A DNA stretch of 32,000 nucleotides from Methanocaldococcus jannaschii DSM 2661 (GTDB lineage Archaea > AGJL01 > Methanococci > Methanococcales > Methanocaldococcaceae), in the NCBI RefSeq assembly GCF_000091665.1, contig NC_000909.1:1404118-1436117 (forward strand), given 5' to 3'. A program made the translations under genes and the position numbers. Shown piece after piece: positions 9,070 through 16,746 of the stretch; positions within the stretch are counted from its first letter, which is position 1, and the number at the start of each line of letters is the position of its first letter. Below the pieces are notes generated by a model. It worked only from the letters and a program-made list of their open reading frames with translations. It was not told the origin of the DNA and searched no databases.

Positions 9070-9177
9070 TATAGTGTTTTTCAAACTTCTTAAATAACTA
9101 AGGTATTAATGAACTCCTTCTTTGGAAGGCGTTCAAATCTTTATCAATAAATTTTATTAATTTTGAAAAACACTATA
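9070..9177. mobile_element. 108-bp MITE-like element with perfect 16-bp terminal inverted repeats
   Basis: TATAGTGTTTTTCAAA (9070-9085) and TTTGAAAAACACTATA (9162-9177) are exact reverse complements. Central hairpin GAACTCCTTC-TTTG-GAAGGCGTTC at 9111-9134. A degenerate second copy lies near 29895-29988. Confidence 0.6.
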
Positions 9178-9209
9178 ATTTTTAGTTAAGATTAAATGTA
9201 GGGGATAAC

Positions 9210-10190
9210 ATGGGAGTGCAGTTTGGTGATTTTATTCCAAAAAATATTATCTCCTTTGAAGATTTAAAAGGGAAAAAAGTAGCTATTGATGGAATGAATG
9301 CATTATATCAGTTTTTAACATCTATACGTTTGAGAGATGGTTCTCCATTGAGAAATAGAAAAGGAGAGATAACCTCAGCATATAACGGAGTTTTTTATAA
9401 AACCATACATTTGTTAGAGAATGATATAACTCCAATCTGGGTTTTTGATGGTGAGCCACCAAAGTTAAAGGAGAAAACAAGGAAAGTTAGGAGAGAGATG
9501 AAAGAGAAAGCTGAACTTAAGATGAAAGAGGCAATTAAAAAGGAGGATTTTGAAGAAGCTGCTAAGTATGCAAAGAGGGTTAGCTATCTAACTCCGAAAA
9601 TGGTTGAAAACTGCAAATATTTGTTAAGTTTGATGGGCATTCCGTATGTTGAAGCTCCCTCTGAGGGAGAGGCACAAGCAAGCTATATGGCAAAGAAGGG
9701 AGATGTTTGGGCAGTTGTAAGTCAAGATTATGATGCCTTGTTATATGGAGCTCCGAGAGTTGTTAGAAATTTAACAACTACAAAGGAGATGCCAGAACTT
9801 ATTGAATTAAATGAGGTTTTAGAGGATTTAAGAATTTCTTTGGATGATTTGATAGATATAGCCATATTTATGGGAACTGACTATAATCCAGGAGGAGTTA
9901 AAGGAATAGGATTTAAAAGGGCTTATGAATTGGTTAGAAGTGGTGTAGCTAAGGATGTTTTGAAAAAAGAGGTTGAATACTACGATGAGATTAAGAGGAT
10001 ATTTAAAGAGCCAAAGGTTACCGATAACTATTCATTAAGCCTAAAATTGCCAGATAAAGAGGGAATTATAAAATTCTTAGTTGATGAAAATGACTTTAAT
10101 TATGATAGGGTTAAAAAGCATGTTGATAAACTCTATAACTTAATTGCAAACAAAACTAAGCAAAAAACATTAGATGCATGGTTTAAATAA
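9210..10190 (+). CDS. fen: Flap endonuclease 1 (FEN-1)
   Basis: N and I nuclease domains (VAIDGMNALYQFL, PSEGEAQASYMA, SQDYDALLYGAP), H3TH region (GTDYNPGGVKGIG) and C-terminal PIP-like TLDAWF. Matches M. jannaschii FEN-1 as I remember it. Confidence 0.95.
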   Translation: MGVQFGDFIPKNIISFEDLKGKKVAIDGMNALYQFLTSIRLRDGSPLRNRKGEITSAYNGVFYKTIHLLENDITPIWVFDGEPPKLKEKTRKVRREMKEKAELKMKEAIKKEDFEEAAKYAKRVSYLTPKMVENCKYLLSLMGIPYVEAPSEGEAQASYMAKKGDVWAVVSQDYDALLYGAPRVVRNLTTTKEMPELIELNEVLEDLRISLDDLIDIAIFMGTDYNPGGVKGIGFKRAYELVRSGVAKDVLKKEVEYYDEIKRIFKEPKVTDNYSLSLKLPDKEGIIKFLVDENDFNYDRVKKHVDKLYNLIANKTKQKTLDAWFK

Positions 10191-10208
10191 TTTATATAAT
10201 TTTGTGGG

Positions 10209-10739
10209 ATGTCTATGAGAAAAATTTACCTCATCTCTGATACGCATTTTAACCATGCAAATATTATAAAATACTGCAATAGACCTTTTTCAAATGTTGA
10301 GGAGATGAATAAAACTCTAATAAAAAATTGGAATAATGTGGTTAGGGATAAGGATATTGTTTATTTTTTAGGGGACTTGATTTTAAGCAAAAATAAGGCA
10401 AAGAAAGCAAGAGAACTTTTAGAGTTGTTAAATGGGGAGATTGTTTTTATAAGAGGAAATCATGACAAGTTTGGTGAGAAGTTTAGAGTTATTGAATATA
10501 ACGGCTATAAATTCATGCTAATTCATAATCCAGACAGCTCTTATACTTTAAACTTCGATGGTTGGATAATTCATGGGCATCATCACGCAAACCATTTAGA
10601 TGAATATCCATTTATTAATCCCAAAAGGAAGAGTATTAATGTTTCTGTAGAAGTTATTAATTATAAACCAGTTAGCTTAGATTTAATCGTAAAATTGATA
10701 GAAAAAGGAAAAGTCGTTAGAACAATAAATGATTTGTAA
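10209..10739 (+). CDS. Calcineurin-like metallophosphoesterase
   Basis: Motifs DTHFNH, GDL, GNHD, HGHHH in canonical order. The alternative ATG at 10215 is better spaced from GTGGG. Confidence 0.8.
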   Translation: MSMRKIYLISDTHFNHANIIKYCNRPFSNVEEMNKTLIKNWNNVVRDKDIVYFLGDLILSKNKAKKARELLELLNGEIVFIRGNHDKFGEKFRVIEYNGYKFMLIHNPDSSYTLNFDGWIIHGHHHANHLDEYPFINPKRKSINVSVEVINYKPVSLDLIVKLIEKGKVVRTINDL

Positions 10740-10822
10740 AAGTATTTAATAAATTTAAGTTTTTAGTTTTTATTATTTTATTTTTAGTTTTTAATAGAAA
10801 ATTTTATAATTCAGGTGATATT

Positions 10823-11596
10823 ATGGAAAAACCAGTTATATGTAGAATAAAAGAAATAATAGAAGAAAGCCCAACAGTAAAAACATTTGTAGTAGATAAA
10901 GATTTTGATTTTAAGCCGGGACAGTTTGCAATGCTTTGGCTTCCGGGAGTTGATGAAAAACCATTTGGATTTTCTTCTAAAAATAGTTTTAGTGTTGCAA
11001 GAGTTGGAGAATTTACCAAAAAAATGCATGAACTAAAAGAAGGAGATATAATAGGAGTTAGAGGGCCTTATGGAACATATTTTGAGCCAATAGGAGATAA
11101 GGTTTTGGCAGTTGCTGGAGGTATTGGAGCTGCACCAATTATAACAGCAGTTGAAGAATTTTCAAAGCAGGGAATTGAAATAACAACCATATTAGGGGCG
11201 AGAACTAAAGAAGAGTTATTATTTTTGGATAGATTTGAAAAAGTTAGCAGATTAGAGATTTGCACAGATGATGGTAGTTTTGGATTTAAAGGTTTTACAA
11301 CTGAAAAAATGAAAGAAGTCCTTAAAGAAGAGAAATTTGATTTAATTATAACTTGTGGGCCAGAAATAATGATGAAAAAGGTTGTAGAAATAGCAAATGA
11401 ATATAATATTCCAGTTCAGGTTTCAATGGAGAGGTATATGAAGTGTGGTATAGGTATTTGTGGGCAGTGTTGTGTAGATGATGAGGGACTTTGTGTTTGT
11501 AAGGATGGGCCAGTATTTTGGGGAGATAAGTTGAAATTTATTAGAGAATTTGGGAAGTATAAGAGAGATGCAAGCGGTAAGAAGATTTATTATTAA
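10823..11596 (+). CDS. pyrK: PyrK-type FAD/NAD-binding, [2Fe-2S] electron-transfer subunit (dihydroorotate dehydrogenase B partner-like)
   Basis: Ferredoxin-reductase-type FAD/NAD module (AGGIGAAPI) plus C-terminal cluster CGIGICGQCC..C..C. Size (257 aa) fits PyrK. Confidence 0.7.
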   Translation: MEKPVICRIKEIIEESPTVKTFVVDKDFDFKPGQFAMLWLPGVDEKPFGFSSKNSFSVARVGEFTKKMHELKEGDIIGVRGPYGTYFEPIGDKVLAVAGGIGAAPIITAVEEFSKQGIEITTILGARTKEELLFLDRFEKVSRLEICTDDGSFGFKGFTTEKMKEVLKEEKFDLIITCGPEIMMKKVVEIANEYNIPVQVSMERYMKCGIGICGQCCVDDEGLCVCKDGPVFWGDKLKFIREFGKYKRDASGKKIYY

Positions 11597-11682
11597 CATT
11601 ATAAGGTATTGATATTTAGTTTTGATCAACCTTTTCTAAAAAGGTTGTTCGGGGAGTATATAGAGATGCGAGTGGAAAATTG
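11549..11682. repeat. Palindromic element flanked by a ~34-bp direct duplication of the pyrK 3' end (right copy frameshifted relic)
   Basis: 11549-11583 vs 11648-11681 align with one 1-nt indel. Both encode ..RDASGK... Hairpin CAACCTTTT-CTA-AAAAGGTTG at 11627-11647. Confidence 0.7.
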
Positions 11683-11717
11683 TTAAATTTTAAATAAAAT
11701 AGCTACAAGGGATTAAT

Positions 11718-12863
11718 ATGATAAAATTTGGAGAAGCAGTTTTGGGAAATGAAATTAAGGCAATAGTTAATGTTGCATTAGGGAAAGGAGAGTTAATTGA
11801 GAATACCTTTACAAATGCTTTAACAAGAGGAAATTGTGTTTTTGCCAATTTAAGACCTAATTTAATAGTTAAACCATTAACCTTAGTTGTTCCAAGGCAT
11901 AATATAGAGAGTGAGATACAGGATGAGCTATTTCAGGGAGTTATTCAGTATGCAGTTGCCAAGGCAGTTGCTGATTTAGATTTAGATGAAGATTTAAAGG
12001 TTGTTGTCTCTGTTAATGTCCCAGAGGTTCCAATAACCAATTTAAATAAAAGAAAACTCTTCCAATACTTCTATGCCTCAGCAAAGTTAGCTATAAACAG
12101 AGCTTTAAATGAATATCCTTCAAAAGAGAAGGTAAAGAAAGAGAAATATAGAGCTTTGCATCCATTAGTTGGATTTAGGGATGTTAGATTGGAGTATCCT
12201 CCATATCTACAAATTGCTTTGGATGTCCCAACTATGGAGAATTTGGAATTTTTGTTACAAACAATTCCAAATAGCGACCACATCATCTTAGAGGCTGGAA
12301 CACCACTAATTAAAAAGTTTGGTTTAGAGGTTATTGAAATAATGAGAGAATATTTTGATGGCTTTATTGTTGCTGATTTAAAAACCTTAGACACTGGAAG
12401 GGTTGAGGTAAGATTGGCATTTGAAGCAACAGCTAATGCAGTGGCAATAAGTGGAGTAGCACCAAAATCAACAATAATTAAAGCTATCCACGAATGTCAA
12501 AAATGTGGTTTAATCAGCTATTTGGATATGATGAACGTCTCTGAACCTCAAAAATTATATGATTCATTAAAATTAAAGCCAGATGTTGTTATCTTGCATA
12601 GAGGGATTGATGAGGAGACATTTGGAATTAAAAAGGAATGGAAATTTAAGGAAAACTGCTTATTAGCAATTGCTGGAGGAGTTGGTGTGGAGAATGTTGA
12701 AGAGCTTTTAAAAGAATATCAAATATTAATCGTTGGTAGAGCAATTACAAAATCAAAAGACCCAGGAAGAGTAATTAGGATGTTTATAAACAAGATGGGT
12801 TATGATATAGACACTTATAGGCTTTATTTTGATGAGGATGAGGATATAGGGGAGGAATTATGA
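11718..12863 (+). CDS. fae-hps: Bifunctional formaldehyde-activating enzyme / 3-hexulose-6-phosphate synthase (Fae-Hps)
   Basis: N-terminal Fae-like domain fused to an OMP-decarboxylase-fold HPS domain (LQIALD, ADLKTLDTG, IAGGVG). 381 aa as in the characterised M. jannaschii fusion. Confidence 0.9.
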   Translation: MIKFGEAVLGNEIKAIVNVALGKGELIENTFTNALTRGNCVFANLRPNLIVKPLTLVVPRHNIESEIQDELFQGVIQYAVAKAVADLDLDEDLKVVVSVNVPEVPITNLNKRKLFQYFYASAKLAINRALNEYPSKEKVKKEKYRALHPLVGFRDVRLEYPPYLQIALDVPTMENLEFLLQTIPNSDHIILEAGTPLIKKFGLEVIEIMREYFDGFIVADLKTLDTGRVEVRLAFEATANAVAISGVAPKSTIIKAIHECQKCGLISYLDMMNVSEPQKLYDSLKLKPDVVILHRGIDEETFGIKKEWKFKENCLLAIAGGVGVENVEELLKEYQILIVGRAITKSKDPGRVIRMFINKMGYDIDTYRLYFDEDEDIGEEL

Positions 12864-14452
12864 ATCTGGATGCATGGTTAGATATACAGCCAGCAAAAAA
12901 ACTTTACACAATAAAAGAGGCATCAAGAATATTAACAAAAAAGTTTGGTAAGGAAATTAAAGAGCATAATATTTCATATTTAGTGCAGTATGGAAGAGTC
13001 AATAAGTATAAAATCAAAAATAGGGTTTATGTAGATATTGATGAGGTTGAAAACTATTATAAAAAATTATTTTTTGAAAAAAGAAAAGAATGGGAAGAAA
13101 AATTGGGATTTAAATTGGATTGGGATTTAGCATTTGATTTGTTATCTGAGAAGGAGAGAACTAAACATGTTCATGGAATTCACCCATACAAAGGAAAGTT
13201 TATTCCACAATTGGTAGAGTATTTTTTAAAGAGGCATTTTAACGTTGGAGATATTATAATAGACCCGTTTATGGGTTCTGGAACAACATTAGTGCAATGT
13301 ATGGAGATGGGCATTAATTCTATTGGCATTGATATATCACCATTTAACTGTTTAATTGCTGAAGTTAAATTGCAGAAATATGATATTCAAAAATTAAAGA
13401 AAATTTTATTAGATATGCTAAATAAAACAAAGGAATTTTCAAAAAATTTAGGAGATGATGAATTTGTTAAAGAAATGGATAAATTAATTGAGAAATACAA
13501 CAAAAAATACTTTACCTTAGAATATAAAAGAAAATTATCAAAAAAAGAAATTGATGAAGATAGCTATTCCGAAAAAATCATGGAAATGTTTTATTTAGAG
13601 TATAAAAAACTTAAGGAAAAATACTGCAAAAATGATGATGAGTTTGATGACATTTTTAAAGATAAGCCATTTTTATATAAGTGGTATTCTCCAAGAATTA
13701 GGGCAGAATTAAACTTTTATTTAAATTTAATTAAAGACTGCAGAGATGAAACAATAAAAAAAGTGGCAATGATAATTTTGAGTAGAACGGCAAGGTCTGT
13801 TAGAGGAACTACTCATTTTGATTTAGCCACACTAAAAGAGCCAGTTTTTGACCCATACTATTGCTATAAGCATAAAAAAATTTGCAGACCAGTTCAAACA
13901 ATTTTAAGACACTTAGAAGAATATACAAATGATGTAATTAGTAGAATAGAAGAATTTTCAAAGATTAGGAAAGATGCATATTATTTAATCATTAATGGAG
14001 ATTCAAGGACTGTTGATATTGAAGAAGAACTAAAAAAACACCCAAACTTTTATGAACTTTATAAAAACAAAAAAATTGATGGTATTTTTACATCTCCTCC
14101 TTATTTAGGGCAGATTGATTATCATGAGCAGCATGCCTATGCTTATGAGCTTTTTGACATTCCAAGATTGGATGAGTTGGAGATAGGACCTAAATTTAAA
14201 GGTAGTTCAAAAAAAGCACAAAAAGAGTATATTGAAGGCATATCCGATGTTTTAATCAACATGAAAAGATTTTTAAATGAAGACGCAAAGATTTTCATTG
14301 TAGTTAATGATAAAAAGAACCTATATAAAGAGATTTTTGAGAAAAGTGGGCTTATTTTAGTTAGAGAGTTTAAAAGACCGGTCTTAAATAGAACAGAAAG
14401 AGATAGAAACCCATACTATGAAAGCATCTTTGAATTAAAAATGGAGGAATAG
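12860..14452 (+). CDS. Type II DNA methyltransferase (N4-C/N6-A class, SPPY catalytic motif) with N-terminal HTH; probably the M subunit of the system I recall as MjaII
   Basis: AdoMet motif I IIIDPFMGSGTT (aa ~133-144), catalytic motif IV FTSPPY (aa ~409-414), and a ~260-aa Lys/Glu-rich segment between them. N-terminal excisionase/MerR-like HTH (LYTIKEASRIL...YVDIDEVENYY). ATGA overlap with the fae-hps stop. Confidence 0.85.
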   Translation: MNLDAWLDIQPAKKLYTIKEASRILTKKFGKEIKEHNISYLVQYGRVNKYKIKNRVYVDIDEVENYYKKLFFEKRKEWEEKLGFKLDWDLAFDLLSEKERTKHVHGIHPYKGKFIPQLVEYFLKRHFNVGDIIIDPFMGSGTTLVQCMEMGINSIGIDISPFNCLIAEVKLQKYDIQKLKKILLDMLNKTKEFSKNLGDDEFVKEMDKLIEKYNKKYFTLEYKRKLSKKEIDEDSYSEKIMEMFYLEYKKLKEKYCKNDDEFDDIFKDKPFLYKWYSPRIRAELNFYLNLIKDCRDETIKKVAMIILSRTARSVRGTTHFDLATLKEPVFDPYYCYKHKKICRPVQTILRHLEEYTNDVISRIEEFSKIRKDAYYLIINGDSRTVDIEEELKKHPNFYELYKNKKIDGIFTSPPYLGQIDYHEQHAYAYELFDIPRLDELEIGPKFKGSSKKAQKEYIEGISDVLINMKRFLNEDAKIFIVVNDKKNLYKEIFEKSGLILVREFKRPVLNRTERDRNPYYESIFELKMEE

Positions 14453-14454
14453 CT

Positions 14455-15567
14455 ATGCCACTAAGTAAAAATGTTATAGAAAAAATTAGCATTGAGACAA
14501 TAAGAGTATTAAAATCAAGATTTGATACAATATCAGATGAAGACATAAAAATAAGAAACATGCCATTCCATATGGCTTTTTTAAGGGCTTTTTATGGGAA
14601 GATTGGGATAAACGATGATACTGAAGCATTAAAGTTTTTAACTTTATCACAGTGGTTTCATGGATTAAGCACAACATTGGGGCAGAGCTACTTTGAAAAT
14701 ATTGCTCATATTTTATCTAACGGTGAAAAAAGGACATTTAAAAACTATAAAATTAAAAGAAGTGTTAGAGACAAAATATCGGAGATTATAAATGATTTAA
14801 AAAGTGGAGAAAGATTGCCAAATGTGGAAAAAGAAAATAAAGAATTAAGAGAAGCTACTTCAAAAAATTCTGAATATGTAAATGGGTTAGAATTTACTGC
14901 AGATGTTTATTTTGAAGATAAAGATAAAGTTGTAATGATTGAGTTAAAAACTGTTAGACCTAATGCTGGAGAAATGAGAGGAGAAAAACAAAAAATTCTT
15001 TATGGAAAAGCCTATATGATGGAAACAAAACCAAATAAAAAAGTTTATTATTTTATTGGCTTTCCCTATGACCCTACTGAAAATCCAGAAAATCCTTGTG
15101 GATATGATAAAGATAGATTCATGAGTAGTTTAATAGAATTTTCCAAGTATTTTGATAAAAGAGAGGTTTTAATTGCAGAAGAATTGTGGAGTTTTTTATC
15201 TGGAGAAGAAAATACTATGAAAAAAATATTGGATATTATTAATTCAATAGCAAAACCTGATTTTAAAGAAAAGTTTGATTTTATAAATACATTTCCATTC
15301 ATTAATCAAGATAGATTATACACCAAAGATGCTATTGATGAACAAAAATTCAAAAAATATATGGATATCCTTCAAGAATGGAGACTTTATTCTGAAATTG
15401 AATGTGCAAAAGCTGTAAAAGAGCTGAGTTTATTAAAATTATCTTCAAGAGATAGAAGAACTTTTGAAAGATTGATTAATAACTCAATGTTTAGTAATAA
15501 CAACAAGTATAATGAAAATAGGAAGATGAAAATATTAGAATTATACAATAAATATATGCAAAAATAG
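14455..15567 (+). CDS. Type II restriction endonuclease (PD-(D/E)XK), partner of the adjacent methyltransferase
   Basis: Starts 2 nt after the MTase stop with GGAGGA SD. Candidate catalytic motif D150 ... E163-L-K165 (FTADVYF...VVMIELKT). From memory this pair is annotated as a GGNCC-specific system; specificity cannot be read from the sequence. Confidence 0.7.
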   Translation: MPLSKNVIEKISIETIRVLKSRFDTISDEDIKIRNMPFHMAFLRAFYGKIGINDDTEALKFLTLSQWFHGLSTTLGQSYFENIAHILSNGEKRTFKNYKIKRSVRDKISEIINDLKSGERLPNVEKENKELREATSKNSEYVNGLEFTADVYFEDKDKVVMIELKTVRPNAGEMRGEKQKILYGKAYMMETKPNKKVYYFIGFPYDPTENPENPCGYDKDRFMSSLIEFSKYFDKREVLIAEELWSFLSGEENTMKKILDIINSIAKPDFKEKFDFINTFPFINQDRLYTKDAIDEQKFKKYMDILQEWRLYSEIECAKAVKELSLLKLSSRDRRTFERLINNSMFSNNNKYNENRKMKILELYNKYMQK

Positions 15568-15576
15568 GGATTAGCC

Positions 15577-16692
15577 ATGTATGATTTTGCCATTATCGGC
15601 TCTGGAGTGGCTGGAGCCACCTTAGCCAAGGAATTGAGATATAGGTATAAAGTGGCAGTAATAGAAAAGGGAAAAAAGCCAAGTTATGCTTCAGAAGGAA
15701 AGAATGTAGAAATAAATTATGTCTATGGCTTGGGAGGGAGTGGAGTTTATTCCTTGGGAAATGCCATAAAAACAGAAATTAAGGGCTACAAAATAGACAA
15801 AGATATCTATAAAGAAATTTGGGAAGAATTAAAAATTAAAGCTCCAAAAGATGATTTTTTAAATGATATTGATAAAGCCTTTATTGAACTTGGCTTTGAA
15901 AAGATGGAGAAGTTTATAGATTTTGATAGATGCAATAAATGTGGAGAGTGTGCAAGAAAGATATGCAAAGCTAAATGGACGCCTTTAAATTATCTAAAAG
16001 AATCAAATGCAAATATAATCACTGAATTTAACATAAAAGCAATAAATTATAGCAATTATTACGAAATCTTAGATGATAAAGGTAGAAAGATTAAAGCTAA
16101 AAATCTCATAATCTCTGCTGGAGGCATTAATTCTCCAAGAATTCTAAAAAAAATGATTGACGATGAGAATATTGGAAAAAACTTATTTATAGATACCTTT
16201 GTTACTGTTGGTGGGATTTTAGAAGATAGCTATCTAAATAAAGACATCTCCATGCTTGTTTATAAGAAATACAAAAATTTCATGCTGGCAACTCATTATT
16301 CAAAACTACTAATTAACGAAATAAAAAAAGATTATAAGGATGTGAAAGAGAAAGATATTGTGGGGATTATGATAAAGATTAAGGATGAAAACAATGGAGT
16401 GGTTTTAGATAACGACGTTAAAAAAGAGATAACTAAGGAAGATTTCAAAACTCTTGCAAGAGGTATATGTAAGGCAACAAAATATTTATACAAGTTGGGT
16501 GTTGATGATATATACACAACTATACCAAGGGGTTCTCATCCAGGGGGGAGTTTAAGCTTAGTTGTTGATGAGTTTGAGGTTAGAGAGGGGTTGTATGTTT
16601 GCGATGCCTCTTTATTTAAAGAAGCCTTGGGAGTTCCGCCAATAGTTTCAATTATTGCACTATCTAAAAAATTTGTAAGGGAGATTTTATAA
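15577..16692 (+). CDS. FAD-dependent oxidoreductase, short GMC-like, with an inserted 4-Cys motif
   Basis: N-terminal dinucleotide fold FAIIGSGVAGATLA...IEKG. C-terminal HPGGS...VCDASLF resembles the GMC oxidoreductase C-terminus. CNKCGECARKIC cluster at aa ~119-130. Confidence 0.7.
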   Translation: MYDFAIIGSGVAGATLAKELRYRYKVAVIEKGKKPSYASEGKNVEINYVYGLGGSGVYSLGNAIKTEIKGYKIDKDIYKEIWEELKIKAPKDDFLNDIDKAFIELGFEKMEKFIDFDRCNKCGECARKICKAKWTPLNYLKESNANIITEFNIKAINYSNYYEILDDKGRKIKAKNLIISAGGINSPRILKKMIDDENIGKNLFIDTFVTVGGILEDSYLNKDISMLVYKKYKNFMLATHYSKLLINEIKKDYKDVKEKDIVGIMIKIKDENNGVVLDNDVKKEITKEDFKTLARGICKATKYLYKLGVDDIYTTIPRGSHPGGSLSLVVDEFEVREGLYVCDASLFKEALGVPPIVSIIALSKKFVREIL

Positions 16693-16746
16693 ACCATAAG
16701 CCAGAGATAAATATTTTATTGCAATATTTTTGTAGAGAGGGGTAGC

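Noticed and set aside
9121-9140. tRNA T-loop-like GGCGTTCAAATC inside the MITE-like element
   Set aside because: No complementary T-stem, acceptor stem or anticodon arm can be drawn. No tRNA-like cloverleaf exists anywhere in the window.
9040-9207. Long flanking duplication around the 9070-9177 TIR element
   Set aside because: The best alignment of the flanks is about 14 of 26 positions in AT-rich sequence. This is not significant, so the element appears to belong to a different class from the duplication-flanked palindromic inserts.
10804-11029. Two overlapping minus-strand ORFs (71-72 aa) across the pyrK start
   Set aside because: They are antisense to a well-supported gene with low-complexity products.
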